Shown here piece after piece: positions 46,253 through 55,578 of a DNA stretch of 64,000 bases. The position numbers and the translations under genes are program-made. Origin of the DNA: a virus (taxonomy: Duplodnaviria > Caudoviricetes); IMG/VR virus record IMGVR_UViG_3300031414_000007, positions 146,532-210,531 of that record; one strand, 5' to 3'. Below the pieces are notes generated by a model. That model was not told where the DNA came from and made no database searches. It saw only the letters and a program-made list of their open reading frames with translations. The first letter of the stretch is position 1; every line of letters starts with the position of its first letter.

Positions 46253-46945
46253 ATGGCGAAGTTGAAGAAAGAACAAAAGACAGTTGTGGCTAAAAAACCT
46301 GCGAAGGTCAAGCAGTCCAAAGCCGTCAAAACAAATAAAGGAAAAGCAGTAGCTATTCATGTTGTTCAGGACACGCGTCCGATTGTGCATTGCCCTGAAA
46401 TGGAAGACAAGCCTCAACCGTTTCGTTTTCGTGGCCAGTGCCCGATCACAACATGTCAGTATTGCACCCGCGAAACGCCCAACGGCTGCATGGCGCTTGA
46501 CCGCAAAGAAGCTGCCGACCGTTCAATCTCTAATAGGGAGATCGCTTATTACAAACGTGGCCTCTTCCCAGAACTCAAAGAGATGGATCAAAAGCAGTTG
46601 GACAATACGATTCGACGCGCACAAAATCGTACCCGTACTGCTATCTGTCTTACTATGTTTATTGCCGGGATTGATGATAGTGATTGCGATAGGTCTTTTC
46701 AGTATGTAGAAGGCCGCAGTCGCATTGTCGATCAGGTTCATAACTATCTGGTGCAAACGTTCAATGACTACCGTCCGTGGATGCTGGCGTATCTCGACGA
46801 CGAAGAACGTTTCTCTCAGATGGTAGGCAAGATAACCAATTCTGACTTTAATTTAGGTATGGCACTGCGGTTAACGCCTCGTAAGTATCAGACGTTCTGC
46901 CAGTCGCTGCAAAACCTTAAACAATCTGGAGACTCAAATGAGTGA
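46253..46945 (+). CDS. Hypothetical protein with Lys-rich N-terminus and Cys cluster
   Basis: 230 aa; CPITTCQYC...GC; CTGTAAATA upstream. Confidence 0.65.
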   Translation: MAKLKKEQKTVVAKKPAKVKQSKAVKTNKGKAVAIHVVQDTRPIVHCPEMEDKPQPFRFRGQCPITTCQYCTRETPNGCMALDRKEAADRSISNREIAYYKRGLFPELKEMDQKQLDNTIRRAQNRTRTAICLTMFIAGIDDSDCDRSFQYVEGRSRIVDQVHNYLVQTFNDYRPWMLAYLDDEERFSQMVGKITNSDFNLGMALRLTPRKYQTFCQSLQNLKQSGDSNE

Positions 46946-48707
46946 AATTTTCTCTCTCGATCAGTATCGCGCTATGATTAAGCGCAACATCCTGAGCGAG
47001 CCTCAGATGCTGGTGAAGAACCAAACCCAACCGCTGGGCCAAATCTCTTTCCAGTGCCCTGGTGACAACTTCAAAATGAAGGACGTCATCATCCCAGCAA
47101 CTCGTAACGCCGTTGACCTGACTCAACAGGCACCGTTGGAAAATCTGCTGGCGTGTAGCCAACTGAAATCTCTGATTCAGTTGCAGCGCATCGCGCTGCT
47201 TAACCCTGAAGAGATGCCGCAGCCGGGTGAAGGTATCTCTCAGCCTTCTCTGTCTCAGCCGCCTGTCGCTGGCGCGCTGTCTGTTGACGGCACAACTATC
47301 CCGAACGCTGTTGTGATTGTTGAGCAGAACGGTAACGTTTGGACCAGCACTTCTAACGGCAGCGGTGTCTTCACTGTTGACGTGTCTGGTCTGGAAGAAG
47401 GCCCGTTCTCTATCACTGTAACTGCGACCGGTTATACTCCTGCGCGTTTCGACTACGAAGCAGGTCCGCAACCACGGCAGCCAATGCCTGAACCGACTGT
47501 ACATGCTGTCTTTAAAGAGACGACTGTTTCGGGAACGACTGTTGCGAATGCTAATATCGTTGTATCTGTGGCGAGCAAACAGTTCACGGGTCAGGCTGAC
47601 GATGCTGGTGCGTTCTCTGTGAACGTTGACCCGCTGCCGTTTGGCACTATCTACCTGACGCTCACTGCTGATGGATATCTGGACAAGCAGGTTGATGTTG
47701 TTGTCGATAGTGTTGCCGGACTGGCTCAGATTGATGCAACCGCATTCCTGGCTACTGACCTGTCTGGTAAAGCAAACCCTAACGGTGAAGTCGAAATCAT
47801 GATCGACGGCCAGTCCAATCAGTTCGCTACTGCTGATGCACAGGGCAACTGGACTGCAACTGTCGGCGCGATTAAAGGCGCTGTGTCTATTCGTGCTCTG
47901 GAAATTGATGGGTACGATGAAGCGACTGCAACCATGCAACCGACCAAGCGTCAGTTTGGTGCAATCGTTGTTGATGACGCTGATGCGTTCGGCGAGACCC
48001 GTACCGAAGTCACAGGTAGTATTGCTGGTCTGAATGCCGAAGCGAATGACATTGCTGTTACCGTAACAGTTCAGGCTGGCGTGTACGAAGGTACTGTCAA
48101 TCTGGCTTCTGGCACTTTCAACATCTCTGGTGTTGATGCAAAAGCTGGTGTGGGTTCTACTGGTGTGGTCAACGTTACCTCTGCGTTCTACGAAGATGGT
48201 TCAACGTCGTTCACTATTCTGGAAGAGTTCTCTCCGCCTACGTTGCAGCAAGCACAGGATGGCCAGACTGTGGTAGTCGGCGATACAGCCGCTTCTACTC
48301 AGGTTAAAATCACGATGAACGGCGAAACCAAAACTGCGTCTTCAAATGCGCAGGGTGCGTTCAGCGTTGGCGGCTTCACTAACGTTGTCCCAGGTCCGGT
48401 CACCATCGAACTGTCTCGCGCTCAATATCTGACTGCAGCCTTCCAGGTCACTCAGGTAGTTCAAGCGCTGGCGCAACTCGACGCTGATCTGAAAGCTGGT
48501 GAAGAGACTGTTGCAGGTCAAGCAACTCCTGGCTCCAATGTTACCTTGACGCAGGGTAGCGTTACTGGTGACGCAGTAGCAGATGCAAGCACTGGTGAGT
48601 TCATTATTACGCTGTCCGGCCCTCTGGTTGAAGGTCAGGCTCAGCTTGTGGCGCAACATGCTGGTTATGTTGACTACACCGACACCTTAGCTGTCGCGGC
48701 AGCTTAA
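46938..48707 (+). CDS. Ig-like repeat virion decoration protein (Hoc-like architecture)
   Basis: About six repeats of a ~80-aa beta-sandwich pattern (G.T...A.V.V......G.F...) after a ~90-aa N-terminal domain. Confidence 0.7.
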   Translation: MSEIFSLDQYRAMIKRNILSEPQMLVKNQTQPLGQISFQCPGDNFKMKDVIIPATRNAVDLTQQAPLENLLACSQLKSLIQLQRIALLNPEEMPQPGEGISQPSLSQPPVAGALSVDGTTIPNAVVIVEQNGNVWTSTSNGSGVFTVDVSGLEEGPFSITVTATGYTPARFDYEAGPQPRQPMPEPTVHAVFKETTVSGTTVANANIVVSVASKQFTGQADDAGAFSVNVDPLPFGTIYLTLTADGYLDKQVDVVVDSVAGLAQIDATAFLATDLSGKANPNGEVEIMIDGQSNQFATADAQGNWTATVGAIKGAVSIRALEIDGYDEATATMQPTKRQFGAIVVDDADAFGETRTEVTGSIAGLNAEANDIAVTVTVQAGVYEGTVNLASGTFNISGVDAKAGVGSTGVVNVTSAFYEDGSTSFTILEEFSPPTLQQAQDGQTVVVGDTAASTQVKITMNGETKTASSNAQGAFSVGGFTNVVPGPVTIELSRAQYLTAAFQVTQVVQALAQLDADLKAGEETVAGQATPGSNVTLTQGSVTGDAVADASTGEFIITLSGPLVEGQAQLVAQHAGYVDYTDTLAVAAA

Positions 48708-48759
48708 TCCTTTTACAGGGGCTTCGGCCCCTAATAGAAATGAAATTCGGAGATTTACA

Positions 48760-49413
48760 ATGAGCAAGCAAAAGACTACCGTACAGCCGATTACTCTCGC
48801 AACCTATAACGAGCGCTACGGCAAAGACACAGTTGCACCGATGTATGTCGCTAACCGTACCGAGCCGCGTGGCAACGTAATGTTCAGCGCGAAAGACGAT
48901 CTCGGCCAGCCAGTGCCTGTACTCGTACCTGCAACTTTCATCCCGATCGATCTGACCCAGCAGGCTACTAAAGACAGCCTGTTGCAGTCTACTCACCTGC
49001 GTCGCGCCCTGACTATGGGCCAGCTGGTTATCATCGACACCAAGAGCGCCGAAGAGTATCTGCGTAACAGCAAGATCGCTCAGACCGAGATGCGTAATCT
49101 GAATAAGATGAACGCGTCTATCGCTGCTGACCTGGGCGAAGAAACTGGCGAACTGGCTGCAATCGATCTGGGCGGCGGTAGCAAGAAGAAAGAGATCCTG
49201 TTCGAAGACGGTGATCAGTATTCTTCTAACCAGTTCGTTAACGCATTCATCATGCGAGCGCAAGAAGACAGCGGCGAGTCCGACGACAATCTGGAACGTG
49301 AATTCCTGTCTCGCGGTCTCGGCCTGCCTGTGTCTGAGCTGAACATTCTGCGCGAGCATATCACTCGTCCGGCAATCGTTGAGCTGATCGTTCAGGCGCT
49401 TGACGACGCGTAA
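48760..49413 (+). CDS. Protein sharing the N-terminal domain of the Ig-repeat protein
   Basis: V.N.T.P.G...F.......V..PAT....DLTQQA....LL....L aligns with residues 25-88 of the upstream ORF. Confidence 0.65.
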   Translation: MSKQKTTVQPITLATYNERYGKDTVAPMYVANRTEPRGNVMFSAKDDLGQPVPVLVPATFIPIDLTQQATKDSLLQSTHLRRALTMGQLVIIDTKSAEEYLRNSKIAQTEMRNLNKMNASIAADLGEETGELAAIDLGGGSKKKEILFEDGDQYSSNQFVNAFIMRAQEDSGESDDNLEREFLSRGLGLPVSELNILREHITRPAIVELIVQALDDA

Positions 49414-49428
49414 TCCAAAGCTACAAAC

Positions 49429-49467
49429 AAAAAAAATGGGAGGCCCCGAAAGGAGTCTCCCATTTTT
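49429..49467. terminator. Bidirectional terminator between convergent genes
   Basis: A-run, ATGGGAG...CTCCCAT stem, T-run. Confidence 0.8.
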
Positions 49468-49468
49468 A

Positions 49469-49639
49469 TTACTGCTGCTGTTCTCTCATGCGATCAAGAA
49501 ACGCTTTACCTGCGCCTGGCACAAGCACTCGCGGCTCGAAAGGAATCTTATTGATTCTGCGCTGCATGTTACGGCGAAAGCGTTCACGTAGTGCCTGAAC
49601 GGTGTGTTGCTTAAACTGTGATCTGAATTTCAAAGCCAT
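49469..49639 (-). CDS. Small basic protein (56 aa), missed by the ORF track
   Basis: Hand translation MALKFRSQFKQHTVQALRERFRRNMQRRINKIPFEPRVLVPGAGKAFLDRMREQQQ; AGGA RBS; fills the gap between primase and the terminator. Confidence 0.6.
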   Translation of the reverse strand: MALKFRSQFKQHTVQALRERFRRNMQRRINKIPFEPRVLVPGAGKAFLDRMREQQQ

Positions 49640-49640
49640 T

Positions 49641-50699
49641 CTACTTTCCTTTCTTCTCTATTGCCTTTGGTCTATTCCACCCAAGTTCTTTCGCAGGCAT
49701 GATGCACTTCTTACCGTGAATATCACGCAGCGTCATACGAACTTCTTTGATCAACTTGAATGGTGCGTTGTCGGGGTCGAGCTTAATCAGCTTGCCGTCT
49801 TCATCAAACTCACGAGGTAGTTTAAAGTGCTTGACCGGTACTGGTGAGTTACGTTCAAATTCATCTTTGATCTTTGTGCGCAACAACTTCCCACCACCAT
49901 CGTTATCTGTCATCGTATAGACAACACTCACGCCAAGCATTTCAATCGTTCTGCGTTTCGTTTCACCAAACTGCTCTGCACCGAGAACAGCCAGCGCTGG
50001 TATTCCGTATGACAGGAGAGCCAGAGCATCTCGCGGACCTTCGACAAGAACGATGTAGCGCAACTTGTACTTCTTCAAACACTCTTTGACCAGAGGCAGT
50101 GGGAACAGGCCTTTGTCTTTTGCCCAATCGCCTTGCGAGTTCACATAGCTGGTGCCGTTCATTTGCTTACGCAGATAAGCTGCAATCCCACCTATGTATT
50201 TCGTTCCATGCTTACACGGAAAGAAACAAACGTTTGTGCCTGTATGCTGCGCATTAAGCAGACCACCAGCAGCACGAACAAGCGCACCCGGATATCCACG
50301 CCACTCAACATCAAGCGGCCACTCCATGTATGACTTACGTCCGAGTGCTTTCATCAATAGACCGACAGACGGATAGGTACCAATCTTCGAGCCAATCTGA
50401 TCATACGTTTTAAGCAAGGCACTGAGCGAGTTCGTTCCTGCGTCTTTTAACGCCCAGCCTTTGATCTCTTGCAGTCGAGCGTGAGCCGCTAATTTATTCC
50501 AGCCGCCTTTCTCGCCACAGCCGAAGCAGTGAAAGAATCCGAGTGGTATCTCCATGCCTACAGAAGTGTAAATACCACAACTAGGAGTCTTATCACTGTG
50601 GAACGGACAGCACACCATAACAGTGTCGCCGTTATATTTCTTCTCGCCCGGCAGTTTACCTATTTCGTCAAGAATTATCTGATGAACGTCTTCTGCCAT
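49641..50699 (-). CDS. dnaG: DnaG-type DNA primase
   Basis: Zinc finger CPFHSDKTPSC...CFGC; TOPRIM LVEGPRD and DNDGGG. Confidence 0.9.
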   Translation of the reverse strand: MAEDVHQIILDEIGKLPGEKKYNGDTVMVCCPFHSDKTPSCGIYTSVGMEIPLGFFHCFGCGEKGGWNKLAAHARLQEIKGWALKDAGTNSLSALLKTYDQIGSKIGTYPSVGLLMKALGRKSYMEWPLDVEWRGYPGALVRAAGGLLNAQHTGTNVCFFPCKHGTKYIGGIAAYLRKQMNGTSYVNSQGDWAKDKGLFPLPLVKECLKKYKLRYIVLVEGPRDALALLSYGIPALAVLGAEQFGETKRRTIEMLGVSVVYTMTDNDGGGKLLRTKIKDEFERNSPVPVKHFKLPREFDEDGKLIKLDPDNAPFKLIKEVRMTLRDIHGKKCIMPAKELGWNRPKAIEKKGK

Positions 50700-50738
50700 A
50701 CCATCCTCTGTCTATTTCGTAATTTACGCATATAAGCA

Positions 50739-50747
50739 TATTTACAG
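50739..50747 (-). promoter_or_regulatory. CTGTAAATA box upstream of primase
   Basis: Exact motif. Confidence 0.7.
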
Positions 50748-50764
50748 ATATAGGGATAACTAGA

Positions 50765-51100
50765 ATGGGTAACCAGCATCGTTATGTAGCTTCGGTAGAA
50801 CGTCGCTTTTATGGACCTCAATGGTTGGCGCTATGCGACCTGATTAAGGTAGAGCCTCAGACGTGTGGTGCGTTCGCAAAGAACGGCCATATGATGGGAC
50901 TGACTCTGCCTAAAGAGTTTGATGTTGAAGCTGCAACAAAGAGCCTGCGCCTTGTCTACGCAGTCAAGGAAGAAGACGTGGCCGTGCGCTGTTACCTGTT
51001 CGGTACTCGCTACTACAAGTTCGTTTTCTTTGAACAAACAATTGCCGTAAGCGAGGATGATTATGAGAACGTTCGCAAACGTACCAGCGCGAGTCAATGA
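50765..51100 (+). CDS. Hypothetical protein
   Basis: 111 aa, divergent from primase. Confidence 0.55.
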   Translation: MGNQHRYVASVERRFYGPQWLALCDLIKVEPQTCGAFAKNGHMMGLTLPKEFDVEAATKSLRLVYAVKEEDVAVRCYLFGTRYYKFVFFEQTIAVSEDDYENVRKRTSASQ

Positions 51101-52148
51101 TACCCGCGCTCTGTCTCGCATAGGCAAGATGATCGATGCGGCACTCGACGTAAAAAATCAAGAGAAGCGCTGGCCAAAGAAACGCGTCAGCCCTTCAATG
51201 TTTCCTATCTGCGCGATTCAAGAAACTGCCAAACTGATTTACCAGAAGCACAACAAGTGCATGACAGGTGAGTCTGGTACGTTGCTGAACATCTTTGCGA
51301 AAGCAGGGACAGGGATGCACGAATCGTTACAGAACGCACTGGGTCATAGTGGTCAGATGGTTGGCCACTGGAAATGTACGAACGAAAAATGCCCTGAATA
51401 CCCAAAGACCAAAGGTAAAATGGTTGACGGTAAATATAAGAAGGGCAAGTACACGCGAACTCGAAGCACGAACAATCGCTGTCCGACGTGTGATAAACCC
51501 ATGGCTTATGCAGAACTAAAAGTCCTGTATAAGTCACTCAAGGGTTACGTCGATGGACTGATTGATAATCTTGATGGCACGTATAGCCTGATCGATTTGA
51601 AATCGACTATGGTGACCAAAGCTGCTGACGGATCTTTCTTCGTTAAGTATCACCGCTTCCAGATCGCAACATACGCATACCTGCTGAAAAAACGTTACGG
51701 CTACAACATCGTGGACTATACCCTGGTTTACGTGCCACGCGACAACCCGAAGAAGTTTGTCGAAAAGACCTTTGTGTTTGACGAGGCAGAGTCGAAACGT
51801 GCCAAAGACTTTATGATGGAACAAATACGCGCATGGGATGCTGCGGTAAAATCGGCGCGCACTGGTGATCTGCTGCCAGCTATTAAACGAAAGCCGTGCA
51901 AGAGCGCTGAGTATTATTGGGACGAGTTCCACGGATATGACACATGCCCTTTTGTTGACTATTGCTTTATTCAATCACACATGATTGACTTCATGAAGAA
52001 GTTAGAGCAGCGAATCATGGCCAACCCCGACCTAACTTATATGGAAATTGTAAGCACTGGTCGGAAAACTCAACAACAAGGTCTGCTGCCGGACAAGCCG
52101 AAGAAGTCGCAACGTCCGAAGCATATCGTAAAAACATTTGAGCTATGA
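51057..52148 (+). CDS. Cas4/RecB-like PD-(D/E)xK exonuclease with Fe-S cysteines
   Basis: SPSMFPIC, GYVDG...IDLKS, QIATY, C-terminal C...CPFVDYC. Confidence 0.8.
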   Translation: MIMRTFANVPARVNDTRALSRIGKMIDAALDVKNQEKRWPKKRVSPSMFPICAIQETAKLIYQKHNKCMTGESGTLLNIFAKAGTGMHESLQNALGHSGQMVGHWKCTNEKCPEYPKTKGKMVDGKYKKGKYTRTRSTNNRCPTCDKPMAYAELKVLYKSLKGYVDGLIDNLDGTYSLIDLKSTMVTKAADGSFFVKYHRFQIATYAYLLKKRYGYNIVDYTLVYVPRDNPKKFVEKTFVFDEAESKRAKDFMMEQIRAWDAAVKSARTGDLLPAIKRKPCKSAEYYWDEFHGYDTCPFVDYCFIQSHMIDFMKKLEQRIMANPDLTYMEIVSTGRKTQQQGLLPDKPKKSQRPKHIVKTFEL

Positions 52149-52555
52149 GCATACAAAAAGATTATGAACGATCACTGCGCCGACTTAAGGAGTCTGTCTA
52201 TCGCACTGAACAGTTAGGTTATGTTGTGCCTCGCTGTGTTGATATTGTTCTCTCAAAGTTGAAGCCGCCTGAGACTGTATCGTCTAGGAAGTATCTGGTC
52301 ATGTTGCTGCTGTTTAGTCAGACCTGTGACAACCTACGATCTGCTTTGACAATGAGAGAGCAACTGGTAGTCAAGATGGCCATACTCAGTCGCAAACACC
52401 CAACGCCAGAGATTCAACGTCGCATCAGACGTCTTGAAGAACTGGTCAATAATCAGGATAGGAATATCGAAAGTCAGAGGCTGCTGCTTGATTACAGAGC
52501 AAACGTCCTGCTGGATATCCTTGACGGGAAAGAACCCAACTCACGATACACTTGA
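52145..52555 (+). CDS. Hypothetical helical protein
   Basis: 136 aa, coupled to the upstream stop. Confidence 0.6.
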   Translation: MSIQKDYERSLRRLKESVYRTEQLGYVVPRCVDIVLSKLKPPETVSSRKYLVMLLLFSQTCDNLRSALTMREQLVVKMAILSRKHPTPEIQRRIRRLEELVNNQDRNIESQRLLLDYRANVLLDILDGKEPNSRYT

Positions 52556-52562
52556 GGTACTC

Positions 52563-53039
52563 ATGGAAATTTATGTAAGCCTGAGTCAGGACTCTACAGA
52601 CAAGAACCGCAACAAGGTATCGAGTCCGGAGTCCAACACCGGCCGCGTTGACGTGTCTGAATATGCGTCACTGGAAAAGAAACTGCGTCTACGTGAAGAA
52701 GCTGTCGATAAAGAGAAACTCGCTCAGAAGGCTGGTGGCGGGGATTCTGTAAAGGGTAAGAAAGGCGCCAAGAAGAAAGGCGATGACAAACCCGAAGAAG
52801 ACGATACTGACATTGATACCGACACTGATACAGATGGAGGCGATGATGATACAGATGACTCTTCCGATGACAGTGGAGACGACTCCGATGGAGACGCTAA
52901 AGCTAAGAAAGGTGGAAAGAAATCTAACAAGTCTGGAGATGCGGACGACGAAGACGCAGAAGACCCTGACGCAGACGAACCCGAAAGTGATGACGGGGAT
53001 GCAGATGCTGAAAGCATTGATGACGAGGACCTCGAATAG
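52563..53039 (+). CDS. Tagged, highly acidic low-complexity protein
   Basis: Start moved to ATG 52563 (MEIYVSLSQ) after GAGG; Asp-rich C-half. Confidence 0.65.
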   Translation: MEIYVSLSQDSTDKNRNKVSSPESNTGRVDVSEYASLEKKLRLREEAVDKEKLAQKAGGGDSVKGKKGAKKKGDDKPEEDDTDIDTDTDTDGGDDDTDDSSDDSGDDSDGDAKAKKGGKKSNKSGDADDEDAEDPDADEPESDDGDADAESIDDEDLE

Positions 53040-53535
53040 CGATCCCGTCGATGTGCCGAAGACGCATGATGCGATGATCGAAGTTCTGATCGCTATTCGC
53101 TACATGTGCACCAAGCGGATGATCTATCCTGTAGTTGCTGCTACCATAGAACAGCGTAACGACTTTCTGGTGATGAACAAGCTGACTTTCCAGATGAAGC
53201 CGAGCATGTTCTACAGCGCTATTCAGGATAGCAACTGCAAAGTGAATGTGTGTTGGCTTATGCGAGCCTTCACACGCACTGCACTGCATTTTGGTCTGAT
53301 GCCAATCATCGCGGACAGAAGCGGTGACTTCCAGCCTCTGGTGAGTCGCTTCTTCACTCAGGACGATCCTGATTTTGCGTATCGACGTTTCTATGACGTG
53401 CGTAAGCTGCCGTCAGTAACAGACATTCGTAAGCCCCGCCTGTATACGCTTAACGGAGTTAACTATGGCGTACAAGTCACAAGCCAAGAAACCGAAGAAG
53501 TCAAAAGCTGCGAAAGAAGCAGATACTCGGAATAA
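53020..53535 (+). CDS. Hypothetical protein (start uncertain: 53020 or 53074)
   Basis: Globular C-terminal part of track ORF 52783..53535; the upstream part is a shadow of the acidic gene. Confidence 0.5.
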   Translation: MTRTSNSDPVDVPKTHDAMIEVLIAIRYMCTKRMIYPVVAATIEQRNDFLVMNKLTFQMKPSMFYSAIQDSNCKVNVCWLMRAFTRTALHFGLMPIIADRSGDFQPLVSRFFTQDDPDFAYRRFYDVRKLPSVTDIRKPRLYTLNGVNYGVQVTSQETEEVKSCERSRYSE

Positions 53536-54121
53536 GGCACACAAGCAAGCGAAGCGCGGTAAGCTCGCTCAGGCAGTGAAGACTCTCAGTGCTGCATCTG
53601 CCAAATCGCGCCGCATGACTAAAGGTGAGAAACGTGCAATTCAGTTGCAGCCGTTCAAACCTCAGATTGTGCCTCAGCCTCCGAAAACTCCTCTGATGGA
53701 AAAAGGTCTGTCGCTTACTGCGCTTATGCGCTCGACACCTCGCCTGATGAAAGAGAACGCGATGGAGTGTTACGTTAACACTGTGAAACGCGGTAAGACT
53801 AACAAAGGTCTGCCGATGATCATGGCTAACGTTCGACACAAAGATCCACTGCGCCCTAATAAAACAGTGCGCATTCACAAGCCGATGATTATCGGTCTGG
53901 ATGACCCGTACAAGCCTATCTCAAAACAAAAGCGTGTGCTGGTCAGTTGTCCTTGTGAGAACTTTGTTTTCATGTGGGAGTATGCGAACGCCGAACACGG
54001 CTGTGCGCGAATCATTTACGGTAATGGCGAACCGCCGGACTTCACTAACCCCGGTCATGCGCCCGGTCTGTGCAAACATCTGATGGCTTTGGCCGATCAA
54101 GTCAAACGCAATGGAGATTAG
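53465..54121 (+). CDS. SWIM-type zinc-finger protein with basic N-terminus
   Basis: VSCPCENF...CKHL. Confidence 0.65.
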   Translation: MAYKSQAKKPKKSKAAKEADTRNKAHKQAKRGKLAQAVKTLSAASAKSRRMTKGEKRAIQLQPFKPQIVPQPPKTPLMEKGLSLTALMRSTPRLMKENAMECYVNTVKRGKTNKGLPMIMANVRHKDPLRPNKTVRIHKPMIIGLDDPYKPISKQKRVLVSCPCENFVFMWEYANAEHGCARIIYGNGEPPDFTNPGHAPGLCKHLMALADQVKRNGD

Positions 54122-54123
54122 TT

Positions 54124-54657
54124 TTGAATATCTTCACATCTGATACGCACTACGGAGCCGAACGCACTCTTCAATTTAGTCGCCGCCCATTTGGCAGTGT
54201 TCTTGAGATGGATAAAACCATGCTCGACCGCTGCAATGAGATAGCTACTGAAAAAGATACACTGTACCACGTAGGTGACTTTGGTTCCTATGAGATGGTG
54301 CAACATATCTGTGCGCCTGTCATTTTGATTTGCGGTAACTACGAGATCAATGACATGCACAAACAGTTTGCTTCGGACTTCGATGCTTTCCGTGCGCACC
54401 TGATGCGTTTGGGTTTTGTTGACGTTGTTCGAGACAGTCTGGAAGTGGATGGAATGTATCTCAACCACTACCCAACTAAGCGCCGCGTTGACCAGTTCAG
54501 CCTGTTCGGTCATATTCACGGATTACAGATGGTCAAACGCAATGCGTTAAACGTTGGCGTTGACTGTCATCATTACGCGCCTGTTGATGCAGAGCGCCTA
54601 CAGTTCTTCCGTAATGCAATCGAAAATCATTACGACGAAGACGTGTTTGGTTCATAA
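54124..54657 (+). CDS. Calcineurin-like metallophosphoesterase
   Basis: FTSDTH, VGDF, GNYE, H, GHIH; probable TTG start at 54124 after GGAG. Confidence 0.8.
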   Translation: MNIFTSDTHYGAERTLQFSRRPFGSVLEMDKTMLDRCNEIATEKDTLYHVGDFGSYEMVQHICAPVILICGNYEINDMHKQFASDFDAFRAHLMRLGFVDVVRDSLEVDGMYLNHYPTKRRVDQFSLFGHIHGLQMVKRNALNVGVDCHHYAPVDAERLQFFRNAIENHYDEDVFGS

Positions 54658-54666
54658 GGAGATTGC

Positions 54667-54942
54667 ATGTTCTTTAAAAATCCTGCCATGGGCGTTGTGC
54701 CCAATCAGCCGATCATTCACTCTATTACGGAGATGCACCGTCGTGTTGCAGAACTGAACGGTGAGCTGATTGCTGCTGGCTGTACTGTGGTCGAGAACTG
54801 CGGTGAGATGTTGATTGAAGTACCTGCTGGAGCATCCGCCACTGTTGACGGAATTATGCAGCGTCACATCGACATGTTCAAAGGCCCGATTATCAGCCGC
54901 CCTGCGCGTTTGCAAATCGGAGGTGAAGATGCAGAAGCGTAA
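54667..54942 (+). CDS. Hypothetical protein
   Basis: 91 aa, AAGGAG RBS. Confidence 0.6.
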   Translation: MFFKNPAMGVVPNQPIIHSITEMHRRVAELNGELIAAGCTVVENCGEMLIEVPAGASATVDGIMQRHIDMFKGPIISRPARLQIGGEDAEA

Positions 54943-55363
54943 GTTCGATCCGAACGAACCTTACTCAGTATCTCTGTCGTTTGGTCCGCATATCGTTCAC
55001 GGCCATGCGCAAGACAGCGCGTTTGGTCAGGTGATGCAGAACATGTTGCTGCGCGAGATCAACAAATCATGCGAAGCGATGTTCAAGACTCTGGCTGATG
55101 TTCCTGTCGCTGCTGCTCCTACGTTTGATTGTGCCGAAGTAGAGGCAAGCAACATTCTTGCGGCTGTTCAACGTTGGCACGAAATGATTGCCAATGAGCC
55201 ACTCGTGAAAGAGTTCGAACCGTGCTTTGTGCCAGACTGGATGCGTCCTGGTCTTCGTGCTAAAGGCATGACTGATGAACAGATTGATAAGATCGTTATC
55301 ACTGGCATCGAGCCTTCGTTTGAAGATCGCCCAGGCATCGTATTCAAAACGGTGAGTGCCTAA
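54929..55363 (+). CDS. Hypothetical protein
   Basis: Start moved to ATG 54929 after GGAGG. Confidence 0.6.
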   Translation: MQKRKFDPNEPYSVSLSFGPHIVHGHAQDSAFGQVMQNMLLREINKSCEAMFKTLADVPVAAAPTFDCAEVEASNILAAVQRWHEMIANEPLVKEFEPCFVPDWMRPGLRAKGMTDEQIDKIVITGIEPSFEDRPGIVFKTVSA

Positions 55364-55578
55364 TGGCCTGCGCCGGTTGTGGCCGTCGTAGCTCTCGCAT
55401 TAGCTATCACGGCGCCTCTGCTCCTCAAGTTGAAATCGAAGAGGACGATACGTTAAGCGCTGCGCGTTTAACTCCAATGGGTTGGGTACGCACCTGCGTT
55501 AAATGCGGGAAAGTATCTGAGCCTTCACCCTTTGCAGAAAACATCAATAAGCCATGTGACTGCACTTTAGACGAGTGA
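55363..55578 (+). CDS. Small Cys-rich (zinc-ribbon-like) protein
   Basis: CAGC, CVKC, CDC in 71 aa; TAATG coupling. Confidence 0.55.
   Translation: MACAGCGRRSSRISYHGASAPQVEIEEDDTLSAARLTPMGWVRTCVKCGKVSEPSPFAENINKPCDCTLDE

Noticed and set aside
46917-47939. 340-aa minus-strand ORF, and other long antisense ORFs (8526..9467, 21209..21961, 57299..58198)
   Set aside because: All overlap well-supported genes on the other strand and lack start signals.
54929-55363. VSLS at residues 14-17 as another tagged protein
   Set aside because: Lacks the I at the -2 position and the N-terminal placement; probably chance.
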